Below are positions 63,846 to 64,000 of a stretch of DNA of 64,000 nt, piece after piece. How positions within the stretch are numbered: the stretch's first letter is position 1; every line of letters begins with the position of its first letter. The position numbers and the translations under genes are program-made. This DNA is from Felis catus (lineage: Eukaryota): contig NC_058368.1 of NCBI RefSeq assembly GCF_018350175.1, positions 226,116,001 through 226,180,000 on the forward strand, written 5' to 3'. The notes under the pieces were generated by a model that saw nothing but the letters and a program-made list of their open reading frames with translations, ran no database searches and was not told the DNA's origin.

Positions 63846-64000
63846 CCTTTGATATCTTTTCCCACATCTTTGCACTGGGGAACCTATTCGATATAATGTG
63901 ATTACCTGGGGTTTGGAGGATGGTGCTGGTTTGAGGGAGGGAGATGACGTGATCATTACGTAATTTAATCACACTTTCTAAGGAACATTTTATGCTCCAT

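Larger units (their letters stand above)
26199..64000 (+). other. MARCHF11: MARCHF11 intron 2 (continues beyond window)
   Basis: GT donor at 26199. The expected next exon (WQSISITL.., TM helices) was not found downstream. Confidence 0.8.

Overview
This is felid (cat-like) genomic DNA, judged from abundant tRNA-derived Can-SINEs of the SINEC_Fc type. The only gene I can support is the 5' half of MARCHF11, a membrane-associated RING-CH E3 ligase, on the + strand. It has a CpG-island promoter (~23.4-24.96 kb), coding exon 1 (24261-24812), exon 2 (26043-26198, the rest of the C4HC3 RING-CH finger) and a long intron 2 that runs past the window end. The transmembrane-encoding exons are not present. 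The rest is a typical mammalian repeat mosaic: ~35 Can-SINEs (many with readable TSDs), MIR, L2, old L1M fragments, MaLR/ERV solo LTRs, Tigger1, a TA-flanked TcMar MITE, MER58 and microsatellites. I found no convincing new multi-gene system. The best leads are local: a possible in-frame alternative acceptor inside the RING finger, a possible intronic poly(A) RING-only isoform, a 5-codon duplication and pure (CCG)9 in exon 1, a perfect 50-bp AT palindrome, and a SINE strand bias within the gene. Repeat family names come from recalled consensus sequences, and repeat boundaries without TSDs are approximate.
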